Shown: positions 50,476 through 58,749 of the stretch, one piece after another
How the letters are laid out: every line of letters starts with the position of its first letter
Numbering within the stretch: the stretch's first letter is position 1
DNA from: Thermodesulfobacteriota bacterium
GTDB lineage: Bacteria > Desulfobacterota > Desulfarculia > JACQYL01
NCBI GenBank assembly: GCA_963675595.2
Contig: CAXXLZ010000002.1
Span: 1,728,001-1,792,000, forward strand
Direction of reading: 5' to 3'
Length of the DNA stretch: 64,000 nt
Notes under the pieces: model-generated
Database searches by the model: none
The model's input: the letters and a program-made list of their open reading frames with translations, nothing else
Told to the model about the DNA's origin: nothing
Made by a program: the position numbers and the translations under genes

Positions 50476-51582
50476 CTAAGCGGCAACGGGAACCTCTCTG
50501 GCGATCGCCCACAGAAAGGCGGCCATCTCCCTTGCAATGGCCGTGACGGCCACTTGCGACGGCTTACCCCGGGCCATCAGCCGGTGGTACCGGCCGCACA
50601 GACGCAGCTGGGCCTTCCAGCCGATCTTGCAGACCTCGGACGGCGCCTCCTCCCGCCGATCCCTCAGCCTGCGGCCCACTCGGGGCGGATAGCGATAGGT
50701 CCAGGCCCCCTGGATCAATACCCGGCGCGCATGTCCGTTGCCGGACTTGGTAATGCCTCCTTGTTTGCGCCGTCCTCCGCTGGAACTCTCCGAGGGGACC
50801 AAACCCAGATACGCCGTCAACTGCCCGGGCTCATCAAATCGCGTCATGTCGCCCACTTCGGCCACCACAGTGACGGCCACGATCAACGACACGCCTCGCA
50901 TCGATTGGAAGGCCTCCACGACCGGTTTCATAGGCCAGTGCTCCACCTGCTCGCCAATCTGCTCCACCAATCGCGCCACCCGGCGCTCGCACTCTTCAAT
51001 GGTGTCGATATACTCCTGAAAAACGATCTGCTGGGCCGGGTGTTCAAACGACTGGTCCGAAAGCCACCTCCGGTGGGCCCGGCTCCACTTCCGCGGCCCG
51101 CCGTACTTCCGACCGTGGCGCAGCAAAAAGGCGTTGAGCCGCTGTTTGGCCTTTCGCTCCGAGCTCTTGGCATCCTCCCGGGCCCTGGTCAAATCCCGTA
51201 TCGCCTCGTCCTCCACACGGGGAACATACACCCCCGTGAGTTCTCCAGCCCGATGAAGACGAGCCAGGGTGACCGCATCCCGTCGATCCGTCTTGATCCG
51301 ATCGCCGGCTCGTCGGGGCGTCAGCGAGGGCGCCACGACCGTGCAATGGATTCCCCGGGCATGCAGGTGCCGGCAAAGAACGTAGCCGCATGGGCCGGCT
51401 TCGTAGACCACCCGAAGCCGATCCTTCTTGTAGCCCAGCCGGCGAATCAATCGATCCACATCCGACGGCTCCCCGTTGATCTTGCCGTAAGATCGGACTT
51501 CTCCATCACGGGACCCTTCGGCCAGGGCAACGTCTATCGATTTCTGGTGAACATCCAATCCAACAAAGATAAAATCGGTCAT
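50476..51582 (-). CDS. IS110-family transposase/recombinase (368 aa)
   Basis: RuvC-like DEDD (GLDVH, VYEAG, KTDRRDA); C-terminal Tnp domain AYLGLVPSESSSG, ITKSGN; RBS AAGGAGG. Confidence 0.96.
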   Translation of the reverse strand: MTDFIFVGLDVHQKSIDVALAEGSRDGEVRSYGKINGEPSDVDRLIRRLGYKKDRLRVVYEAGPCGYVLCRHLHARGIHCTVVAPSLTPRRAGDRIKTDRRDAVTLARLHRAGELTGVYVPRVEDEAIRDLTRAREDAKSSERKAKQRLNAFLLRHGRKYGGPRKWSRAHRRWLSDQSFEHPAQQIVFQEYIDTIEECERRVARLVEQIGEQVEHWPMKPVVEAFQSMRGVSLIVAVTVVAEVGDMTRFDEPGQLTAYLGLVPSESSSGGRRKQGGITKSGNGHARRVLIQGAWTYRYPPRVGRRLRDRREEAPSEVCKIGWKAQLRLCGRYHRLMARGKPSQVAVTAIAREMAAFLWAIAREVPVAA

Positions 51583-51721
51583 GGCCTGCCTCCTTGGTGT
51601 TGGTTCTGTGGGCGTGCTGATTACTCGCACCATAACCCAACAACGCAGGAGATGGGCCTACTTTCCTGCACGTGCAGCCATTATGTCTAGCCTCGTCACG
51701 GCAAAGAAACCTTCACCAGCG

Positions 51722-52186
51722 CTACTTGGTTGCCGCCGCCGCTTCCCGACGATCCAGTCGGGAAAGCACACGGCCGGAGACTTCCATTGCCAGGTAAAGG
51801 ACCAGAAGCACCATGAAGACGCCGAAAAACCGCAAGACCAGCGTTCCTAGAATCCAGGTCCAGCGGTCGCCGGTGATGACCACCTTGACCGTTCCCGAAT
51901 CCCCTTCGATCAACCTGATGGAATGCCATGGCCGCGAACTCTGGTCCTCAATCAGTGTCTTTCCATTGCGCTCGCGGAATTTAACGTCTTGCTCGTTTTC
52001 CAAGACCTTCCGATAGAAATTCACGGCTTGGTCCATGCTCATTTCATAGGTGGCCGTCACACGATCTTCACTCCGAATCACGTCCTTCCCTCCTTCCATC
52101 ATTGGAACACCGAGGAAATCCTCTCCAAAGGACGCCTGTGAGCAAAGGAGCAGGGACAGCAAAACAAGAGACATGACTGTTTTCAT
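51722..52186 (-). CDS. Exported protein with C-terminal TM helix, possible OadG/gamma-like subunit (154 aa)
   Basis: Signal peptide MKTVMSLVLLSLLLCSQASFG; C-terminal RFFGVFMVLLVLYLAM resembles OadG TM; downstream of the decarboxylase beta gene. Confidence 0.6.
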   Translation of the reverse strand: MKTVMSLVLLSLLLCSQASFGEDFLGVPMMEGGKDVIRSEDRVTATYEMSMDQAVNFYRKVLENEQDVKFRERNGKTLIEDQSSRPWHSIRLIEGDSGTVKVVITGDRWTWILGTLVLRFFGVFMVLLVLYLAMEVSGRVLSRLDRREAAAATK

Positions 52187-52278
52187 AGCGATATTCCCGT
52201 TATGTGTAACCTCGTCGTCATTGCATGTACGCATACGCAAGTCTTCGGATCCGACACTTTCGGAATCCGGGGAACCGA

Positions 52279-53433
52279 TTAATCGAACATGGCGATAAAC
52301 ATCCCCGCCGCCGCCGCTGAGCCGATGACTCCGGCCAAGTTCGGTCCCATTGCGTGCATCAGAAGGTGGTTCTTCCTGTCGTACTCGAGCCCGACGAGTT
52401 CCGAAACGCGAGCGGACATGGGGACCGCAGAAACTCCCGCCGACCCGATCAACGGATTGATCTTCTCCTTGAGAAACAGGTTCATGATCTTTACCGTCAA
52501 TATCCCGCCGGCGGTGCATACGGCGAAGTCCAGCAAACCGAGAGAAAAAATCAGCAAGGGTTTCGGGCTCAAGAACGTATGCGCGTTCATGGTGGCTCCC
52601 ACGGACAGTCCCAGAAAGATGGTGACGATGTTCATGAGTGCGCCCTGCGCCGTCTCCGTCAGTCTCCCAACAACCCCGCTCTCCTTCATCAGGTTGCCCA
52701 GCATGAACATCCCCATGAGAGGAATGACGGAGGGCACCAAGACCGCGATGATGCCGCAGGCCACCAGGGGATAGAGAATCTTCTCCCTGGTCGAGACCCT
52801 GCGGAGTTGCCTCATGCGGATCTTGCGCTCTTCGGGATTGGTCAGAAGCTTCATGATGGGCGGCTGAATCAGCGGCACCATGGCCATGTAGGAATAGGCG
52901 GCCAAGGCGTTGGCCCCAAGAAGCTGAGGCGCCAGGTGCTGGGTGAGATAGATGGTCGTGGGACCGTCGGCTCCGCCGATGATGCCCACGGAAGCAGCCT
53001 CTTTCAGGGTGAACCCTGCGAGGATGGTTCCGCTGAAGGTGATGAATACCCCCAGCTGCGCGCCGGCTCCCACGATGAGCGTTTTGGGATTTGCGATTAA
53101 AGGACCGAAGTCCGTCATGGCGCCCAATCCCAGAAAAATTACGCAGGGAATGATCTCCCACTCGAGACCGTAATGGTAGATCGCCCGGATGAGTTCGGGC
53201 TGCCCTCCGTGGGCATATCCCATCAGGGGAACCAGAGGGAAATTCACCACAAAGATGCCGAAGCCGATGGGCAACAGCAGTAGGGGTTCAAAGTTCTTGG
53301 CAATGGCCAGATAGATGAAAAATCCGGCGATCACCCACATAACGACGGGCTGCCAACTCAGGTTCCATAACCCGGTGGTGTAGAAGATGCCCCACAACAT
53401 GTCGACAATGTCGTTCCATTCCATGGTCTTCAT
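52279..53433 (-). CDS. oadB: Na+-translocating decarboxylase beta subunit (OadB/GcdB/MmdB)
   Basis: [67 protein letters not shown]. Confidence 0.93.
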   Translation of the reverse strand: MKTMEWNDIVDMLWGIFYTTGLWNLSWQPVVMWVIAGFFIYLAIAKNFEPLLLLPIGFGIFVVNFPLVPLMGYAHGGQPELIRAIYHYGLEWEIIPCVIFLGLGAMTDFGPLIANPKTLIVGAGAQLGVFITFSGTILAGFTLKEAASVGIIGGADGPTTIYLTQHLAPQLLGANALAAYSYMAMVPLIQPPIMKLLTNPEERKIRMRQLRRVSTREKILYPLVACGIIAVLVPSVIPLMGMFMLGNLMKESGVVGRLTETAQGALMNIVTIFLGLSVGATMNAHTFLSPKPLLIFSLGLLDFAVCTAGGILTVKIMNLFLKEKINPLIGSAGVSAVPMSARVSELVGLEYDRKNHLLMHAMGPNLAGVIGSAAAAGMFIAMFD

Positions 53434-53928
53434 TCCGCTTGTTTAAGACAACGTTAATTCCGCGAGCCGGGTCGCCGCCCTTTACGCCGCGCCGTTCTTC
53501 GGCACGAAATGACTCCACGGCGACACCGGGACCACACCTTTTCAGCCGACGCTCAATTCCGACGTCCACTCGATGATCAGGAAATACGGCACTACTCCCG
53601 ATCGAGACGAACCTCTTCCTTGAACCGGCTCGCACGGTCCGGCCGGGTCTCCAAGGGACGAATTTCAGGTCTAAGTGAGAGTCAGAGAAGTAGGAAATTT
53701 TCTTTCCGGATTCCGGAAGAAATCAGAGGCGAGAATACAGCTCGACAACAGCTTGACGGCAGGTGGTTTCATGATGAATCCGCCCATGGGATCGCCTTTC
53801 CAAGCCGCCGAAAATCTCCTCCTCCTTCCAAGCGGGGAATTTGGATGAGATTCCGTTGCAGGGTGAAAGGTTGACTGTCAACATTTGCAGAGGCGATCGC
53901 CTCTGCCCCTATTTGCTCGAGCGTGAAT

Positions 53929-53957
53929 AGGATATATCACCATACTTTCCATGTCAA
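53929..53957 (-). promoter_or_regulatory. Candidate sigma70 promoter upstream of oadB
   Basis: Minus strand TTGACA-N17-TATCCT. Confidence 0.55.
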
Positions 53958-54182
53958 CAAAGAAAAAATACGGAAAGACAGAGTCGTATTCGGACCCGTA
54001 AAGACTTTTCTGTGATAGACTTCGGCCAAGCATCCGAGAGCTGAGCGTTGCCGGCGCATTGCCTTTTTCCCCGGACCGTTGCCCAACGGTGGAAGGAAGG
54101 GCGACGTTGCTCACACGCCGTTCCTTCCACCTGGAAATTCCCGATTTCGGAATCCCGACAAGCAAAACTGTTTCCTCGTGGA

Positions 54183-57100
54183 TCACCGGGGTACCGTGAT
54201 CCTAAAGAACGTGTTTTCGTCCACGATGATCGTGTCCTCTTTGCACGCGTCAAACCAACCGTACGATTCAGCACTGACATATTCCGGCACTTCGGCGCCG
54301 GTCACTTCATAAACGAGGCCGTCTTCGGTCCGAGAAACCAGGGGCACACCGTAGGCCCATAGTCTCGTCGGAAATAAATACGTTTCATATTCGAAGGAAA
54401 CCAGGGACGACTCGTCCGCCGAGACCTCCCCTTCAATCCTCAGAAGAAGTTCGCCTTGGATCTCCAGCCTATAGGAGAATTGGGTGCCGCTCCACACCAG
54501 TCCCTCGTATTTCTTGCATTCGTCCTCCGTGCAATTCCATTCGAGATTGGCGCTTTCGCCGACGCATTCCTCTCCGCCGGACGTATTCTTCAGCTCCAGA
54601 TCACATTCAATGATCAGGGGGCGTTCCGCGAGGGCAACGGCAACCTTCACGGTCTTGTCGTCCACGTAGCAATTTGCGATCAAGAGCGTAAGATTCGTCA
54701 CGTCCTTGTTCACCGTGACCGGAATCGGCTCGGTGATATCCGTGATCCGGAGTTCGCCTTCCTCGGCCACCATGACGCGGTCTTTGTTTTCTCGAAAGAG
54801 TACGATGCGAAGCCCTTCATCCTTCAGTTCGCCGTTCTCGATTCCTATCTTCAGCTCTAGTGTGGAATCCTCGTCGGTCTGATAGCCGGTAGGTACGGGT
54901 ATCTTCACGGCATAAGCGGATAGCGGCTCGATGGATTCAAAAAGTGCGAACTTATTGTCGGCATCGACTGTTTTGATGCCCGTGTCGGCCGTGAACAGGG
55001 TATCGGCCAGCTTGTTGGCCGTGAAGTTCTCGGAAGCACGGAAAATCGCTTCCGATGGATGTTTGTAAGCCCGATCCAGGGCGTAGTTGAAGTACACTTC
55101 CGAAAGGCTCTTTGACGTCCAGAAGGCAATCCAATTGCTCAGCGCCGTGCGGTAAAGATTTCGGTACTGCGCCATGGAAAGCCCAAATTTATTATAAGTC
55201 GCCGAATACATATCCTGAAACAAAGACCCCGTGTAGGACCAGTCGTTTTGATTGTACATCCGCGTCACGTAGACGAAGAAGTCCTGTTTGGAATAGAAGT
55301 CCTTGTTCTCGCCTCGAGCGGTGTAATCATCCACGGCCCGGTTCAAAATCGCGTATTCGTCCCCGCCTCCCACGATGTTTCGCACCACCGCTGAGGGCCC
55401 CGTGATGGACCCGTTGTTGTCCTGGTAGGACTGACCCAACGGTGCGGCCGTGCCCTCATAGTAGGGTTTGAGGGAATGGGTCGTGTTGTCCCAGGCCACC
55501 CGGATGTCGTACCCGGCCTGAACCGAATGAAACAATTCATGGATGACCACGTGAGCCAAGGTGATCCCTTTGGGCGCCAGACTGGTCTTGATGGCGTTGT
55601 AGTCCAGATAGAGGCGACCCAGGGCCAGCATCTCCTGTTCGGTCTTACTTACCGTGGTGTAGTTCGCGTTCTCCTCGGTTCCGGGTTGCCAAAATTTGAT
55701 CTTTCCCGCCACATTGTGGATCAGGCGGGCGTGGGGGTTGGTCGCTGTGGAGACCCACAACTTGGGAGCGCGGAACAGGGCATTGGAAAGAGTCGTGCTC
55801 GCCGACCCGGCCGCAGCCTGAATCTCCCGGGCGTTGACCTCCGTCAGGGTGTTGGAAGGATCCACCACGTTCCAGGCGAAAGTCTTCCAGTCGAATTCCG
55901 TCTGCCATGCCGCCGGAGTCATGCCGCCCGTGTCCGTGTAAACCTCCTGATCGGGTTGCGTCACCACTCCGAACACCCATCCGTTGTACAACTGCGCCAC
56001 GTCGGCGGAATACGTCTTGGATGTCGCGTCGTACTCCCCATACACGGGCAGCACCAGTCCGGTGGTCAACTTGGTCTTCATGGTGAGATGCGCCGGGTCC
56101 GCGACGTCGCCGGTTACCGGTAGTGATACTTTGAAGAATCCGTTTCCGGAAAGGGGCTCTTCTCCTCCGCTCACGGAAATCCGTACGGCCCCGGACACGG
56201 AGGTCTCCCCCGACTCCACCACCTCGGATGCATCGGCCGAAGACAACGTCACCGTCTTGCCGGGGGTCATCTCATCGGCCAAATCGATGGAGCTTCCCCC
56301 CGGACCCAAAACCACCCCGGGGTTGCCGCCCGTCCCCGTCAGGCTGCAGGATGCTGCCGGGGAGCCGCCGTCCGCGTCATAGGGAGCGGCGAAACAACGG
56401 GCCATGGCCGTGGTTTGCCCCGTGCTCAAAGACAGGGTCAGGTGCGCCCCCTTCCCAGCCAGATCCGACACGTCCATGCCGTCGGACAGGTCCGGGTCCA
56501 AGAATACGTAAAACGTCGACAAGTCCGACGTGACGATGGCGATTCCCGATCCGGCGGCGTAGGACTGGAGATAGTAGTTCATGGTGCCGGCTTGACAGTC
56601 GGGAGATTTCCAGATGCCGTCGTGCGTTGATACCGACGGCGTGCCGAAGGATTTGGAAATGGAGAGGTTCCGAGCTCCGGAGCCCGAAAGCGTCAGAACG
56701 GCCGAAGCTTGGTCGGAAGAGCTGAAACTCAGAGTCAGATGGTGGCCGCCGCCCGCCAGATCGTCCGTATCCACACCGTCGGAGAAGTCCGGGTCCAAGA
56801 ACACTTGGAAGTTCTGAAGGTCCGCCGTGGCGATGACCAGAGCGGACCCCGTTTCGTAGGTCTGGATGTAGAAGTTCATGCTCTGGTCGGCGTTCTTCCA
56901 GATGCCGTCGTACACGTCGGAAGTCGGCGGAGGCCCGCTTCCCGGAACGTCCGCGCACACGTTGTCGAATTTCGCTTGTGCGCTCGTTCCCCGGGCCATG
57001 AGCCAAAGGGTGTTCACCACCCAAGGGGCGAAAGTGAAGCTCCCGGAGAAGACCGCGGCAGTGTTCTGCCTGTTGAGGCGCAACACGGCTTGGTCGTCCG

Positions 57101-57587
57101 AAAGAGTAAATCCGATGGAAGTGATGGGCTCGGAAACGGATACGAAGTTCGAATCGAACCACTCTCCGGAGAGCACGTCCCGGGCAGTGAGAGCGGCCTT
57201 CCCTTGGCCGGGATACACCATGGCCCCGATGCCGTCGGTCGTCTCGCCCCCCACGTCCAGGAACGTATCCCCCGACGTGAGCGTGTAAATCCCGAAGCCG
57301 GCGTCGCCCGTCGCGTCGAGAACATCCAGGTCCACGTCGATTTGGTAGAGGTCGTCGGCATAGAACGCGGTCTCCACACCGGCCATGCCGCCCGACGGGA
57401 CCTGCAAAACGGAAAGGCCGCCGTTTTGCAGCACCCAAGAGCCTGAGAAGAACGACCACGAACGGCCGTTGCCCCCGGAGAAATCCTCAAGAAAGTAAAC
57501 GCAGTTTTCCCCGTGAACCACAGGTGAGAAGAAAACCGCAATCCATGCCCAACACACCGTGAAGAACAAAACCGACCTTGTGCCCAT
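54183..57587 (-). CDS. Large secreted multidomain protein with HEXXH metallopeptidase motif (1134 aa)
   Basis: Signal peptide; two internal repeats (DGIWK..MN.Y.Q.Y..GS...FLDPD.SDG.D..DLAG.G.HLTLS); HELFH..Q...YEGTA. Confidence 0.75.
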   Translation of the reverse strand: MGTRSVLFFTVCWAWIAVFFSPVVHGENCVYFLEDFSGGNGRSWSFFSGSWVLQNGGLSVLQVPSGGMAGVETAFYADDLYQIDVDLDVLDATGDAGFGIYTLTSGDTFLDVGGETTDGIGAMVYPGQGKAALTARDVLSGEWFDSNFVSVSEPITSIGFTLSDDQAVLRLNRQNTAAVFSGSFTFAPWVVNTLWLMARGTSAQAKFDNVCADVPGSGPPPTSDVYDGIWKNADQSMNFYIQTYETGSALVIATADLQNFQVFLDPDFSDGVDTDDLAGGGHHLTLSFSSSDQASAVLTLSGSGARNLSISKSFGTPSVSTHDGIWKSPDCQAGTMNYYLQSYAAGSGIAIVTSDLSTFYVFLDPDLSDGMDVSDLAGKGAHLTLSLSTGQTTAMARCFAAPYDADGGSPAASCSLTGTGGNPGVVLGPGGSSIDLADEMTPGKTVTLSSADASEVVESGETSVSGAVRISVSGGEEPLSGNGFFKVSLPVTGDVADPAHLTMKTKLTTGLVLPVYGEYDATSKTYSADVAQLYNGWVFGVVTQPDQEVYTDTGGMTPAAWQTEFDWKTFAWNVVDPSNTLTEVNAREIQAAAGSASTTLSNALFRAPKLWVSTATNPHARLIHNVAGKIKFWQPGTEENANYTTVSKTEQEMLALGRLYLDYNAIKTSLAPKGITLAHVVIHELFHSVQAGYDIRVAWDNTTHSLKPYYEGTAAPLGQSYQDNNGSITGPSAVVRNIVGGGDEYAILNRAVDDYTARGENKDFYSKQDFFVYVTRMYNQNDWSYTGSLFQDMYSATYNKFGLSMAQYRNLYRTALSNWIAFWTSKSLSEVYFNYALDRAYKHPSEAIFRASENFTANKLADTLFTADTGIKTVDADNKFALFESIEPLSAYAVKIPVPTGYQTDEDSTLELKIGIENGELKDEGLRIVLFRENKDRVMVAEEGELRITDITEPIPVTVNKDVTNLTLLIANCYVDDKTVKVAVALAERPLIIECDLELKNTSGGEECVGESANLEWNCTEDECKKYEGLVWSGTQFSYRLEIQGELLLRIEGEVSADESSLVSFEYETYLFPTRLWAYGVPLVSRTEDGLVYEVTGAEVPEYVSAESYGWFDACKEDTIIVDENTFFRITVPR

Positions 57588-57805
57588 TCGCTCTCCCCTT
57601 TAACTACATGGTTCTTAACACAAGAATTCTGTCACGGAGTTCATTTCCAGTCCATCGTTTTCAGACGACCGAGATACGATTTGCATTGAGGCGCTTTGGG
57701 AAAACGCCGCGTTATCGGCTGTATTCTTGACACCGGGAATAAGGTGTGTCATGCGGGAATCATGAACGTCAACGCCATGATTATCCAACCCTTGAGGACG
57801 GAAAA

Positions 57806-58657
57806 ATGACTGAAATACGGACCAAGCTTTCCATCTTATGCGATAACTTCATCAGTGCTCCCGATTTCATAGGACAACACGGCTTCAGCTCATTGATCGA
57901 ACGAGAAGACCGAAAGTTGCTCTTTGACTGCGGTCTTCGCCCTTCCTTGGAACACAACCTGGAAACCTTGGGAAACAACTTGGCGGGGCTCTCCGGGATC
58001 ATGCTCAGCCATGGGCATTACGACCACACGGACGGCCTGAGATGGGCCTTGGAGCAAGCGGGAAAGGTGGAAATCACCGCTCATCCCGGAATGTTCGAGC
58101 AGCATCTGGCCCTTCCCAGGCATGAAGGCGGAGGAGCCGTTCGGGAAATCGGATGCCCCTACAGCCGAGAAGAGCTGGAATCACTGGGAGCGGAGTTCCG
58201 GTTCCTGGACCACACCGACGGCGTGGCTCCGGGAATCCGTTTCCTTACCTCCGTGCGGCGTAAAGAGGGCCAGTCGCCCGTGGATCCGCAACTGCTGAGG
58301 CCCGGTGTATCCGGGACGCTGGAGCCGGACCCCATCGACGACGACGCCTCCCTGTTATTGGACACCACTTCCGGTCCCGTGCTGCTCCTGGGTTGCGCAC
58401 ATGCCGGACTGCTCAACATTTTGGACCATGTGAAGGAAGAATTGGGCATCCACCAACTTCACGCCGTCTTGGGAGGCACCCATCTTGTCTTTTTAGGCGC
58501 GGACGACCTGCCCCGCATTATTGAACGCATCGAGGAATTCAAACCCGACGTGGTGGGCGTGTCTCATTGTACCGGCTTTGCCGCGGCGTCGGCCCTGGCC
58601 TCCCACTTCGGTCAGCGCTTCCGTCTGGCCGCGGCGGGAAGCGTTTTCGCGTTCTGA
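57806..58657 (+). CDS. Metallo-beta-lactamase-fold hydrolase
   Basis: HGFS, LFDCG, SHGHYDH (HxHxDH), GCAHAG, GGTHL, HCTG. Confidence 0.9.
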   Translation: MTEIRTKLSILCDNFISAPDFIGQHGFSSLIEREDRKLLFDCGLRPSLEHNLETLGNNLAGLSGIMLSHGHYDHTDGLRWALEQAGKVEITAHPGMFEQHLALPRHEGGGAVREIGCPYSREELESLGAEFRFLDHTDGVAPGIRFLTSVRRKEGQSPVDPQLLRPGVSGTLEPDPIDDDASLLLDTTSGPVLLLGCAHAGLLNILDHVKEELGIHQLHAVLGGTHLVFLGADDLPRIIERIEEFKPDVVGVSHCTGFAAASALASHFGQRFRLAAAGSVFAF

Positions 58658-58749
58658 CGGGCGGACCTGAAACAGGGTGAAGAAGCCGGGGTGACCTCCC
58701 GATCTTACTTAGGTAAGGTCTCTTTGGTGCAAAGCACGGCGCCGGATAT

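Larger units (their letters stand above)
50137..51688 (-). mobile_element. IS110-family insertion sequence, IS1111-type (1552 bp)
   Basis: Sub-terminal IRs ATGGCTGCAC (50140-50149) / GTGCAGCCAT (51672-51681); ends inferred 3 and 7 nt outside them (IS1111 rule, supported by the resulting junction promoter); no TSD; long non-coding region downstream of the transposase. Confidence 0.88.

Noticed and set aside
50071-51690. 539-aa plus-strand ORF
   Set aside because: Antisense shadow of the IS110 transposase, starting inside the MITE; no recognisable motifs
52187-53161. 479-aa ORF 51722..53161 as a single gene
   Set aside because: Its 5' part is an off-frame overlap of oadB; only the last 154 aa look like a protein
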